A DNA stretch of 64,000 nucleotides from Nitrospirota bacterium (GTDB taxonomy: Bacteria; Nitrospirota; UBA9217). The stretch lies in contig CAWCKW010000006.1 of assembly GCA_963796285.1 (NCBI GenBank), positions 152,090 to 216,089 on the forward strand, read 5' to 3'. Below are positions 20,862 through 30,490 of this stretch, piece after piece (positions within the stretch are counted from its first letter, which is position 1; every line of letters begins with the position of its first letter). The notes under the pieces are model-generated. The model was not told where the DNA came from. It was given only the letters and a program-made list of their open reading frames with translations, and did not search any database. The position numbers and the translations under genes were made by a program.

Positions 20862-21071
20862 GAATTTATGTGTGTTGATCGTATTGCCGTGGTTATGGCC
20901 GCTTCAGTTCTGCCCAACGGTAACGCCTGCGGATACCGGAGATGCTATGAACACCTTGGAACAACTTGCGATGAGGGAGCCCCGGAGCCATGCAACATAA
21001 CAACTGGACGGGAGAAAGTCAAGGATTTCTTGCGCTTTGAAGGAGAGATGGGGCGTTCACTCCGTCCGAAC

Positions 21072-21839
21072 TCAGCCATGATACTCTGTGCTGATGGCCC
21101 TGTGCGTTTCCGCGGCCAGCTCTTTTCGCGACCCTCCGGGACGTACCTTGATCCTTTTGAGGGGGACGACCTCCACGTCGATAGATCTGAGCGACAGGAA
21201 CCGGAGGAAGTGTTTCGCAAAGGTCACTCCGCCATAGTAGAAGACGAGGTCGCGGTTCTCCGGCGTGACGTGCTCGTTGTTCACTCGGTTGTAGCAAAGG
21301 CAGATCGGGACGATATTGGCCCTCGTCAGAACGGCAGCGTCAAACAAGGAATTCTTAAAGGGCTGTACGCGGTCGCCATTCGACGTGGTGCCTTCGGGAA
21401 AGAGCACAACGGGAAGGCCCTGGCCGAGTGCCAAGGCAATGTCCTCGATCTCGTGTTTCAGTCCCGACGGCCTTCTGCGCTCTACAAAAATACTTCCACT
21501 CAGCCGGGCCAATGTGCCGAGCAGCGCGGTGTTCTTCAGTTCAACCGAGGTGATGAACACCGAGGGTACGAGGGAGGAAATGACAAGGACGTCGATATAG
21601 GAAAGATGATTAGACACGATGAGGCGTACGCCACCGGTCTCGTGGACGTGTTCGCGATGTTTCACGTGCACGCGTATGTTGAACAGAAAGAGCGCTATTC
21701 GCGCAAAGCCCGAGGTGGTCCGTATCGCAGCTGCCCGTTTGGTTTTCTGACGAACGGGGAGCAGGCGGATGACACCTGATAGTAAAAGATATGAGAGGAG
21801 AAGGGGGATGAGCCCCGCGCCCTTGAGCAGTGCTCGCAT
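21072..21839 (-). CDS. Lysophospholipid acyltransferase (PlsC family)
   Basis: NHLSYID, IFVER, FPEGTT. Confidence 0.9.
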   Translation of the reverse strand: MRALLKGAGLIPLLLSYLLLSGVIRLLPVRQKTKRAAAIRTTSGFARIALFLFNIRVHVKHREHVHETGGVRLIVSNHLSYIDVLVISSLVPSVFITSVELKNTALLGTLARLSGSIFVERRRPSGLKHEIEDIALALGQGLPVVLFPEGTTSNGDRVQPFKNSLFDAAVLTRANIVPICLCYNRVNNEHVTPENRDLVFYYGGVTFAKHFLRFLSLRSIDVEVVPLKRIKVRPGGSRKELAAETHRAISTEYHG

Positions 21840-22146
21840 TGTATGTCGTTGCTCCTGATTCGTGAACTATTCCAACGTGTTTCCGCTGCCAAGATGGCTG
21901 GTTGAGATTATTGCATATGGCCCTGCACTTTTCAATTGAAAAACGGCTTGTTGCCTGCCTTTTCCCATTGAGAGAATGCATTCGGCTGTTGTAGACAGGC
22001 GATCATCTCTAAAATGCACATTGTTATATAAAATCACACGTCTTCTCGAACGGGGTTTACATCAGCGGGAACCGCGGCTATACTTGAATTAGAAGCGATT
22101 GTTGTGCATGATCGCAATTATTCTCTTTTTCAGGGGGTCTCATCAG

Positions 22147-22458
22147 ATGAGCGTTATGGCGGAATTCAGCGTTGTACCGGTCGGGAAGGGTGCCAGCCTC
22201 AGCCCCGTGATCGCTCGAGTTCTCCTGATCGTTGTGAAAAGCGGTGTTCGCTACAAGGCAAATCCGATGGGTACCGTTCTCGAAGGCTCATGGGAGGAGG
22301 TCATGGGCGTCATCAAGAAATGCCATGATGAGGTCATGAAGGATGCGGAGCGTGCCGTTACCAGCATCAAGATAGACGATCGCAAGGGAACGGATGCACG
22401 GATCGAGAAAAAGCTTGGATCGGTGGAACAAAAGCTCGGGTTGAAACTGAATATCTAG
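22147..22458 (+). CDS. MTH1187/YkoF thiamine-binding family protein
   Basis: EFSVVPVG, PMGTVLEG, IKIDDR. Confidence 0.9.
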   Translation: MSVMAEFSVVPVGKGASLSPVIARVLLIVVKSGVRYKANPMGTVLEGSWEEVMGVIKKCHDEVMKDAERAVTSIKIDDRKGTDARIEKKLGSVEQKLGLKLNI

Positions 22459-22475
22459 CGGGAGCGAGGTGGATT

Positions 22476-22694
22476 ATGGACGGCAAGAAGAGTGAAAACG
22501 GCATGATGGAACGGCTCAAGATCCAGGAGAAGGCACTGTCGAACCTCGCGGACTCCTTGAAGAAGCACGAGGTGAAAGCGGTGGAGGAGATCAGAGACAT
22601 GCAGGCGGAGCTCAAGGCGCTCAAGCTGTTCCTCGCTCGAAATATCCCCGAGTTCAAAAAGCAATTTCCCGAGATCCAGGGAAAGGTGAAATGA
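22476..22694 (+). CDS. Small coiled-coil hypothetical protein
   Basis: GAGGTGG RBS, host-like codon usage, operon position. Confidence 0.7.
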   Translation: MDGKKSENGMMERLKIQEKALSNLADSLKKHEVKAVEEIRDMQAELKALKLFLARNIPEFKKQFPEIQGKVK

Positions 22695-22740
22695 GGATGT
22701 CCCGGATAAGGTCCTGTTCATAGAAAGGGAGGCGAGTTAT

Positions 22741-23265
22741 ATGAAGATCGTCGGAAAAGTAGAGAGATCATACAAGCAGACATACAAAAAGAAATCATCA
22801 ACCGCGGATCCCTATCTTCCAAAAGGCGCGAGCAAGAGGATAACGGTTTGCGACGGGTGCCATACCGTCTACAAGAAGAAGCGGTGGTATGCCGATCCGC
22901 ATCTCTACAACGAGGCGGTCAAGATTCATGATACGGCTGTCGCGGTCTGCCCCGCCTGCCTGAAGATACGCGATAATTTCCCCGGCGGCATTGTGACACT
23001 GAAGGGTGATTACGTGCTTCCCCACAAGCAGGAGCTTTTGAACCTTATCAAGAACGAGGAAGCGCGGGCGCGGGGGTTTAACCCGCTCGAGCGCGTAATG
23101 TCGGTGAAGGAAACGGGGTATGGCAGCTTAGTAATCTCCACGACGAATGAAAAGTTGGCGCAGAAGATCGGCCGGGCCATCAAGAAGGCCTTCCGAGGAA
23201 AAGTAACATACCAGTGGTCCCACGACAACAAGCTGGCGCGGGTGGACTGGGCGAGGGCTGCGTGA
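22741..23265 (+). CDS. BCAM0308 family (NMD3-like zinc-binding) protein
   Basis: DPY...CDGC...W...CPAC..I.D..P.G, NPLERVM, LAQKIGRA. Confidence 0.8.
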   Translation: MKIVGKVERSYKQTYKKKSSTADPYLPKGASKRITVCDGCHTVYKKKRWYADPHLYNEAVKIHDTAVAVCPACLKIRDNFPGGIVTLKGDYVLPHKQELLNLIKNEEARARGFNPLERVMSVKETGYGSLVISTTNEKLAQKIGRAIKKAFRGKVTYQWSHDNKLARVDWARAA

Positions 23266-23328
23266 TGGTAGCGCCACAAAGGATGGATTGAATAAACCGG
23301 TTGGCGTGTGAACAATTTAGTGGGGCCA

Positions 23329-24009
23329 TCAGAAAGAATACATCATGTCAAGAGTTGCTCCGGCAAAGGTGTCCTTGACTTTGGTATCTTCGCCTTTGGT
23401 CGTTTCGTACTGGTAGCCGAGAGCACCGGTGATCTCCCTGGTGAAGACGTAATTGACCCCGGCCCTGGAAAACCATCCCAAGGCCGTTTCTTTTTCGTTA
23501 GTCGCGGCAAAGGTCGCTTTCGTACTCCAGGGGAGACAGGTCAGTTCGCCGAAAAGCGAGAGAGCATTGTTCAGGGGCACTGATCCCCTGACACCGATGA
23601 GCGGTCCGTGCACGGTCTCTTTATTTTTGGTCATCTTTTCCCAGAATTGCGAACTCCGATATCCGGTGAAAACCCCCACGTTGCGATTGAACTGATAGCC
23701 TGCCACGACGTCAACATCATTGCGCTCCACATCGGTAGTAACATCGGAGTGCTCGAATGAGTAATCTGATACAGAGACCAGGTACGAAGCCTCTACAAAA
23801 ACACCATTAGAGAATTCCGCTTCGGCCGCCCAGCCGATCAGCGCGCCGATTCCAGATGTCCCGCTCTGTGAGCCCGGACCTTCACTCTTCCACCTGTTCA
23901 TCCATATTTTGAGGCCCGCTGCGGTCCTGGTGCCTTCTTCGGCGCTCGCTGTTCCGGCCATGGACAAAAGAATTAGTATTGCGACAAACCTACGAGCGAT
24001 ATGGTTCAT
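23329..24009 (-). CDS. Outer-membrane beta-barrel protein
   Basis: Signal peptide, amphipathic beta-strands, C-terminal YSF. Confidence 0.75.
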   Translation of the reverse strand: MNHIARRFVAILILLSMAGTASAEEGTRTAAGLKIWMNRWKSEGPGSQSGTSGIGALIGWAAEAEFSNGVFVEASYLVSVSDYSFEHSDVTTDVERNDVDVVAGYQFNRNVGVFTGYRSSQFWEKMTKNKETVHGPLIGVRGSVPLNNALSLFGELTCLPWSTKATFAATNEKETALGWFSRAGVNYVFTREITGALGYQYETTKGEDTKVKDTFAGATLDMMYSF

Positions 24010-24445
24010 ACCTACACTTCCCCTTCTTCCGGGTCCAGGTGCTCTTTTAGGTTATCCACTGAGGATAGAACCGCGATCCATGATCGGCTAAATAATGATA
24101 GTATGACAGGCGCTCTGAACGTTGTCAACAGGCGGCGATCTGATCGCGGATAGCGGTGGCTTGATGAAAAAGTTTTTTAAAGCCGCGGTCCGAGCGCACA
24201 TTTGCCGCTCATATCAGGCTGTTCCGGGTTTCTTCGATGGATTTCCCCTTGACATCAAGGAGAAAGACCTATAGGTTTAATCCAGCACTGTCGTTTTTAT
24301 ACCTCCGCGATATCATGGGCGCAAAGCCCGAAGAGGGAGAGCATGAGATGGCGATGACGCAATAATCGAGATGGTTAGTTGGTCTTTGCCGGCGAGACTT
24401 TTCTTTTTTTGTCGTACCCGAGTAATTATCGTTGAAGGAACATAT

Positions 24446-26647
24446 ATGCTGAAAAAATTACTGCTCATCACACCACCGTTTACCCAGCTCAATACTCCTT
24501 ATCCGGCGACCGCTTATTTAAAAGGCTTTTTGAAATTGCACGGGTATGATGTTGTTCAGGCTGATCTCGGTATTGAATTGATAAATAAAATATTTTCGCA
24601 GGAAGGTTTTGAAAAACTCTTCCACGTTGTTAAAAAGCAGAACAATCAGCTGTCCCAAAACGCGCTTCAGATCATACACAATGAAAATTATTATTTGCAA
24701 ACTGTGGGTCCGGTAATGAATTTTTTGCAGTACCGGGACAATACGCTGGCACAGCTCATCTGTAGTGATATGTTTTTACCAAGGGCCTCCAGATTCGATC
24801 AATTGCCTGATCTGGAGTGGTCATTCGGGAACATCGGGGTGAACGACAAGGCCCGGTTTTTAGCAACACTGTATATTGAAGATGTCGGCGACCTTATAAA
24901 GGAGGCGGTAACACCCTATTTTGGTTTCAGCCGTTATGCCGAAAAGCTTGGAAGGTCGGCGCGCTCCTTTGCGCCGCTCGATGCAGCTCTACACCAGCCT
25001 GTAAATATCATTGAGGCATGGATGCTTGAATTGCTGAAACACCATGTCGAACATGCAGCCCCCGACGTCATCGGGATAAGCATTCCTTTTCCCGGAAATC
25101 TGTACTCGGCGTTAAAATGCGGCCAATTCATCAAGAACAATTTTCAACAGATGAAAGTTGTTGCAGGCGGTGGATTTGTTAATACGGAGCTTCGTGAACT
25201 TTCAGAACCTGCTGTCTTTAATCATGTGGATTTTTTAACCGTCGACGATGGCGAACTTCCCTTGTTAGCTGTTCTTAAATATCTTCAAGGTGCAATAACG
25301 GAGAAGGATCTCCAGAGAACGTTCATCAGAACAGATGATGAAGTGCACTATATTCATGGTGCCGCGGAAAAAGAACATTCCCACGCCGAGATCGGCTGCC
25401 CGGATTATTCGGATCTCCCGCTGGATAACTATCTTTCCCTGATAGAAATTGCAAATCCCATGCATCGCCTGTGGTCCGACGGACGATGGAACAAGCTTAC
25501 CGTCGCCCATGGGTGCTACTGGCATCAATGTTCATTCTGCGATACCGCCCTCGATTACATCAATCGATACGATACTGCACCGGTCAAGGTGCTGGTTGAC
25601 AGCATTGAGCAGGTGATCGCCCAAACCGGCCAGACCGGCTTTCATTTTGTTGATGAGGCCGCGCCGCCCGCGGTACTGAAAGAATTGGCGCTGGAATTGC
25701 TGAGACGAAAGATCAGCATTTCCTGGTGGGTAAATATCCGCTTTGAACAGGCGTTCACCGAAGACCTTTGCAGACTGCTGGCTGCTGCCGGCTGCATTGC
25801 CGTGACCGGCGGCCTGGAGGCGGCCTCGGACAGGCTTTTGAAATTAATGAATAAAGGCGTGACTGTCCGCCAGGCCGCATACGCATGCCGAAATTTCAGC
25901 AATGCAGGCATCATGGTGCATGCCTATCTGATGTATGGTTTCCCGACACAGACTGAACAGGAAACCATCGATGCCCTGGAGATCGTGCGGCAGTTCTTTC
26001 ACGAGGGCCTTATACAATCCGCGTTCTGGCATGTATTCACTGCGACGGTTCACAGCGATGTAGGAAGACATCCGGAAAAATATCAATGCAGGATCATCGA
26101 TCGTCCTGTTGGGAGGTTTGCCGCCAATGATCTCGTACACGAAGATAGTATCGGCTGCGATCCTCACGTGTATGCGCACGGCCTGAACAAGGCGGTGTAC
26201 AATTTTATGCATGGTATCGGTACGGACCTTTCGATCAAAGACTGGTTCGATTTTCAAGTCCCTGCGGTTTCCATAAAAAGAAATTACGTGGAGCAGGCGA
26301 TCAATGAGGCCCCTGTTTTTGACAATGAAAAGTGGAAATCCAGGGTCGTCTGGATAGAAAACCAACCTCACCTTGGGCAAAACGGTTCGACGAGGCGGGG
26401 AAAACAGGGGGGAAAAAGCAAACTTGTTTTTTACAACAAAAGAGAACGATTCACGCTCATCACAACTGCTGAAAGAGGAGGGTGGTTGAATGAAAACTTT
26501 GAGAAATTTTTACTCCGGAATTCAAAATTACTGTTGCTTGAAGAATTGAAGCAAGATTATGAGAAACATATACCTTCTTCTTTTGAATCTTTTCTGCAAT
26601 CCAAAGAATGGAAAACCCTGAGGGGAAGAGGGCTACTATTGATATGA
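24446..26647 (+). CDS. B12-binding radical SAM protein
   Basis: PPFTQLNTPYPA, GCYWHQCSFCD, HFVDEA, HAYLMYGFP. Confidence 0.9.
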   Translation: MLKKLLLITPPFTQLNTPYPATAYLKGFLKLHGYDVVQADLGIELINKIFSQEGFEKLFHVVKKQNNQLSQNALQIIHNENYYLQTVGPVMNFLQYRDNTLAQLICSDMFLPRASRFDQLPDLEWSFGNIGVNDKARFLATLYIEDVGDLIKEAVTPYFGFSRYAEKLGRSARSFAPLDAALHQPVNIIEAWMLELLKHHVEHAAPDVIGISIPFPGNLYSALKCGQFIKNNFQQMKVVAGGGFVNTELRELSEPAVFNHVDFLTVDDGELPLLAVLKYLQGAITEKDLQRTFIRTDDEVHYIHGAAEKEHSHAEIGCPDYSDLPLDNYLSLIEIANPMHRLWSDGRWNKLTVAHGCYWHQCSFCDTALDYINRYDTAPVKVLVDSIEQVIAQTGQTGFHFVDEAAPPAVLKELALELLRRKISISWWVNIRFEQAFTEDLCRLLAAAGCIAVTGGLEAASDRLLKLMNKGVTVRQAAYACRNFSNAGIMVHAYLMYGFPTQTEQETIDALEIVRQFFHEGLIQSAFWHVFTATVHSDVGRHPEKYQCRIIDRPVGRFAANDLVHEDSIGCDPHVYAHGLNKAVYNFMHGIGTDLSIKDWFDFQVPAVSIKRNYVEQAINEAPVFDNEKWKSRVVWIENQPHLGQNGSTRRGKQGGKSKLVFYNKRERFTLITTAERGGWLNENFEKFLLRNSKLLLLEELKQDYEKHIPSSFESFLQSKEWKTLRGRGLLLI

Positions 26648-26781
26648 GGTGACACTGCAGCGAGATAATGATAGATCCTCCTCTACGGTTCTTTTCGGGA
26701 TGCTCTGCGGAGGGAGCGTGTCTTGAAGCAAAAAGAGCAGGGAGAGACGGGATCGTCAAGCACAGAACTGACAGCCTGGTG

Positions 26782-29268
26782 CTAAAAGGTTCCGTCGCTG
26801 TGCTCAAGAACCGGTCCCCTGATGTCATCTGCTTCAGGACGCGTTCTCTTCTCTTCTCCTGTTTTCCGGTAACTGTCCAGAAACTTCATCATCTCGTCCC
26901 CGGGAATCGGATGGCTGATGAGGTTGCCCTGCATCACACAACATCCTTCGCCGCAGAGTATTTTCAACTGCCGTTCCGTTTCCACTCCTTCAGCCACTAC
27001 ATTCAGCTTCAGACTGTGTGCCATGGCAATGATTGCCTTGGGGATCGCGGCATCATCAGGGCCGACATGAATGTCCCTGACAAACATGCGGTCAATCTTT
27101 ATTTCATGGATAGGGAAGCTCTTCAAGTAACTTAATGACGAGTAGCCCGTGCCAAAATCATCCATCGAGAACAGCACCCCTCTCCGCGTCAATTCGTTAA
27201 AAATGGCCATAATCTCCGCCGAATGCAGCATGACAATGCTTTCGGTAATTTCCAGCATGAGGTAGCGGGGTTCCAGACCGCATGCTTCAAGCGCCTGTGT
27301 TACGGTTTCGATAAAGTTCTGCTGCTTTAACTGCTGCCCGGATATATTCACGGATACGGAGAGCGATGCATAACCGTGTTTCTGCCACTCCTTGTTTTGC
27401 GCACACGCAGTGCGCAGCACCCATTCCCCGAGAGGCACGATCAATCCCACCTCTTCGGCCAAGGGAATGAACGTATCCGGCAGGATGATTCCCCGGTCGG
27501 GATGCTGCCAGCGTATCAGCGCCTCCACTCCAACGATAGTTCCGGTGCGGACGTCTATCTGGGGCTGATAGTACAGTACAAACTCGTCCCTATCCAGCGC
27601 CTTTCGCAGACTTTCCTCCATGTTCAGCCGCTCGATTGCGATAATGTTCATGGACTGCTGGAAATACTGGTAATTATTTTTCCCCCGCCTCTTGGCCTCG
27701 TACATGGCGATATCCGCATTCTTGAGCAGATTGTCAAGGTTCTCCCCATCGACCGGATACAGGGCAATACCGATACTGGCGGTGATGAACAGTTCATGCC
27801 CCTCGATCCTGAACGGTCTCGCCAGGGTTGCGAGGAAGCGCTGCGCCACTGCCGCCGCGTACGGCGCATGACTGATCTCAGTGAGCAGAATGGTGAACTC
27901 ATCGCCGCCCTGACGGGCGACGGTAACTCCGAAATCATTCGGTTTCTCGTGGGCGACAGTATCGGTAGATCGAATACTATCGGTCAGGCGCAGGGCAACC
28001 TTCTGCAACAGTACATCTCCCCCCTGGTGGCCCAGCGTATCGTTGATCCATTTGAAATTGTCCAGGTCGACAAAGAGCAGCGCAAGGAGTTGTTGATGAC
28101 GCTGGGCATGAGAAATGGCAAGCTGCAGCCGATCACGGAACAGGAGCCGATTCGGAAGGTTTGTTAAACTATCATAATAAGCCATTTTAGTTATCTGCGC
28201 CTGTGCCTGCTTCAGGTTGCTGATATCTATGAAGCTTTCAATAAGATGGTTGCGTCCCTTGTAGCGGATCTGCACAACGGACTTCAATATCGGTATCTTG
28301 CTGCCATCTGCCGTCAGGAGCTTGCGTTCGGAATTGTCGATCAAACAGTGGTGGTCTGTAATGGGACAATTCCCGGTCTCCTCGGGGCAGATGAAATTAT
28401 GACATAAGCGGCCGACAACCTTTTCCTTCGGCGCTCCGATCATCTTAAGCGCGGAATCATTCACATTAACGATCTCGTGCGTCTCGGAATCGATGACGAC
28501 CACTCCCGCATGGATCGAATCAAGGATTTTCTTCAGTTGTGTCTCGCTTGTCCGGAGAGCGTCCTCAGCCTGTTCTCGCTCCTTCAGTACCGCATTGACC
28601 TGATCAAGCATTCGGTTGAAAAACCGGGAGAGATAGCCGAATTCGTCCTCACTGCGAGCGTCAAGCCGAAGCGCAAGGTCTCCCCCGGAAACGGCCTTCG
28701 TCGCACTGATGAGCGTTTTAAACGGCTGTGTAATAAATTTGCGGATCACCCAGGTAAGAAAAAAGCCGAACAAAAGGGCCACGACCGCCATTACGAGGAA
28801 AAACCCGTTGCGACGGGCCTTCGCACTCTCATGGAGTGGCGGAAAAAAGAGCTCCAGCGTGGCTGCCTGTTGCGTTGTCTGGAGCGCCGGCCCGTTCACC
28901 TGCACCATCCGGATGAAGGAAGCGGTCTTCTCGGGCAGGTTTCCGACCAGAATTCGCTGTTGATTTACGGTCAGGGCGACACCTGAAAAATGAAAGGATG
29001 CGAAATGCCTTCGCACAATAGATTCGATGGTGGAAATGGACGCGTGAGGACGGCTTTCGAGGTCAGCCGTGATCTGGTAGGCGAATTGGTCCGCCTCGGC
29101 GGAGAACTCGCTGCTCAGTTTTTCTTCCACATTGTGGAGAGCGAAAATAGTGACTGCCAGGCCGACAAAGACAACTCCGTACAACACCGCGGCCGTGATC
29201 TTTATCGCGATACTGGCCCGCCAGTTTTTTACCCAGTCATCGGATATGGGGAGCGGCTCATCCTTCAT
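26782..29268 (-). CDS. Membrane HAMP-PAS-GGDEF-EAL diguanylate cyclase/phosphodiesterase
   Basis: Two TM segments, HAMP (DEFGYL), PAS, GGDEF, EAL, DDFGTGYSS. Confidence 0.93.
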   Translation of the reverse strand: MKDEPLPISDDWVKNWRASIAIKITAAVLYGVVFVGLAVTIFALHNVEEKLSSEFSAEADQFAYQITADLESRPHASISTIESIVRRHFASFHFSGVALTVNQQRILVGNLPEKTASFIRMVQVNGPALQTTQQAATLELFFPPLHESAKARRNGFFLVMAVVALLFGFFLTWVIRKFITQPFKTLISATKAVSGGDLALRLDARSEDEFGYLSRFFNRMLDQVNAVLKEREQAEDALRTSETQLKKILDSIHAGVVVIDSETHEIVNVNDSALKMIGAPKEKVVGRLCHNFICPEETGNCPITDHHCLIDNSERKLLTADGSKIPILKSVVQIRYKGRNHLIESFIDISNLKQAQAQITKMAYYDSLTNLPNRLLFRDRLQLAISHAQRHQQLLALLFVDLDNFKWINDTLGHQGGDVLLQKVALRLTDSIRSTDTVAHEKPNDFGVTVARQGGDEFTILLTEISHAPYAAAVAQRFLATLARPFRIEGHELFITASIGIALYPVDGENLDNLLKNADIAMYEAKRRGKNNYQYFQQSMNIIAIERLNMEESLRKALDRDEFVLYYQPQIDVRTGTIVGVEALIRWQHPDRGIILPDTFIPLAEEVGLIVPLGEWVLRTACAQNKEWQKHGYASLSVSVNISGQQLKQQNFIETVTQALEACGLEPRYLMLEITESIVMLHSAEIMAIFNELTRRGVLFSMDDFGTGYSSLSYLKSFPIHEIKIDRMFVRDIHVGPDDAAIPKAIIAMAHSLKLNVVAEGVETERQLKILCGEGCCVMQGNLISHPIPGDEMMKFLDSYRKTGEEKRTRPEADDIRGPVLEHSDGTF

Positions 29269-29651
29269 CTAAAACCCAATTTTTTACAGGTAATCGATAT
29301 GGGGCAGATGCCGGTAATGCCCGCCATGGAGAGACCAAACCCCACGGCCCAGGGGAAAAACCAGAGGGTCTTGGGAAAGACAAAGCATGAAACAATGAGG
29401 AATGCGGCAATAACCAGTCGGAAAACACGCTCAGCCTCAAAATTGTATTTGTATGTTCGTGGAGCGTTCGCAGCTGGCTCGCGATATGAATCAGGATATC
29501 TCAGCTTTGAAATCAGAAGGGGAATACGCCAGTTCGTAAGACCTTCCACGGTGATCATGACGATATAAACATACAGGAGGGGCGTCCATTCAAAGAATAG
29601 AATGATAAGCAATGATACACCAAGAAATAGTCTGAAAACGCGTTCGGTCAT
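29265..29651 (-). CDS. DUF2892/YgaP-like membrane protein
   Basis: Two ERVFRL repeats, GITGICP motif; overlaps the GGDEF gene start. Confidence 0.8.
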   Translation of the reverse strand: MTERVFRLFLGVSLLIILFFEWTPLLYVYIVMITVEGLTNWRIPLLISKLRYPDSYREPAANAPRTYKYNFEAERVFRLVIAAFLIVSCFVFPKTLWFFPWAVGFGLSMAGITGICPISITCKKLGFR

Positions 29652-29905
29652 ATCGTTCCCCTTTTGTCCGACCGGCTTCCGTGTAGCGATGTACACCGGC
29701 GTGTTGAACCATCTTCGTCATCGCTTCCACGGTCTCGGCCCGCGCAAGGGTCTGTGCACCGAGGGCCGCGACTGAGACCCTCTGGACGGAGATACGCCTA
29801 CCGTGAAGATGGTTTCTTTGTCCCGTGTCATGGCCCTTCCGCGTACGAACCAGAACAACCCCGCACTATTTTTTGTATGATACCGGAAATCTTGGGGAAA
29901 GACAA
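29652..29905 (-). promoter_or_regulatory. Promoter plus ~220 nt structured 5' leader
   Basis: TTGTCT-17-TATCAT (29905-29877); 10-bp stem AACCATCTTC/GAAGATGGTT enclosing two hairpins. Confidence 0.55.
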
Positions 29906-30490
29906 TAGAAAAGCGGTCGTTCGCTTCCGCATCACGGGTGGTGAAACGAGGGTCTTTCGGACCACCGATGATTCCCAGTTACTACAGGGCGTTCAGTGAG
30001 CCTTGGGGTTAAAAAGTGATAGAGATCGGAGTGTCGAGCGCGGCAAAGGATTTAAAGGGTGAAGTAGCAGGTGATTGGGGTCGTTCAATCAGGGTCCAGA
30101 AGGTCGCTCTTGCCGCTTTTACATCATCATTCTGAAGTTGTGGTTTTCTTCTCTCGTATTGTTGGGGGAGCGGTTAATCAACGTATTTAATACATTTTCG
30201 ATTCAGAATGCAGATTTCTTGTCATTTGAAGAACAAAAACAAAACTGTGAAAAGCAATTTTCTTATCCTATTACCTCTTTCTGAGCCCCAGGGTCTTGAA
30301 AACCCTGAGGGAAAAAGGACTGTTATTGATCTGATGTACATGTGCCGCGAGATTAATTTCAGATGTCATACACAACATGCCGGGACAGGTTCTTTTCCCC
30401 TTGGGTTCCCCTTGACAGTCAATTCCCCTGCAGTTGCTTTTTCGCCGGTTTGCAGATACAATTATTCTAACCGCATTCCGGAGGTGCTCT

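Noticed and set aside
19887-21779. 630-aa plus-strand ORF
   Set aside because: Antisense shadow of prfC and the acyltransferase; no recognisable motifs; expected from GC-biased codon usage
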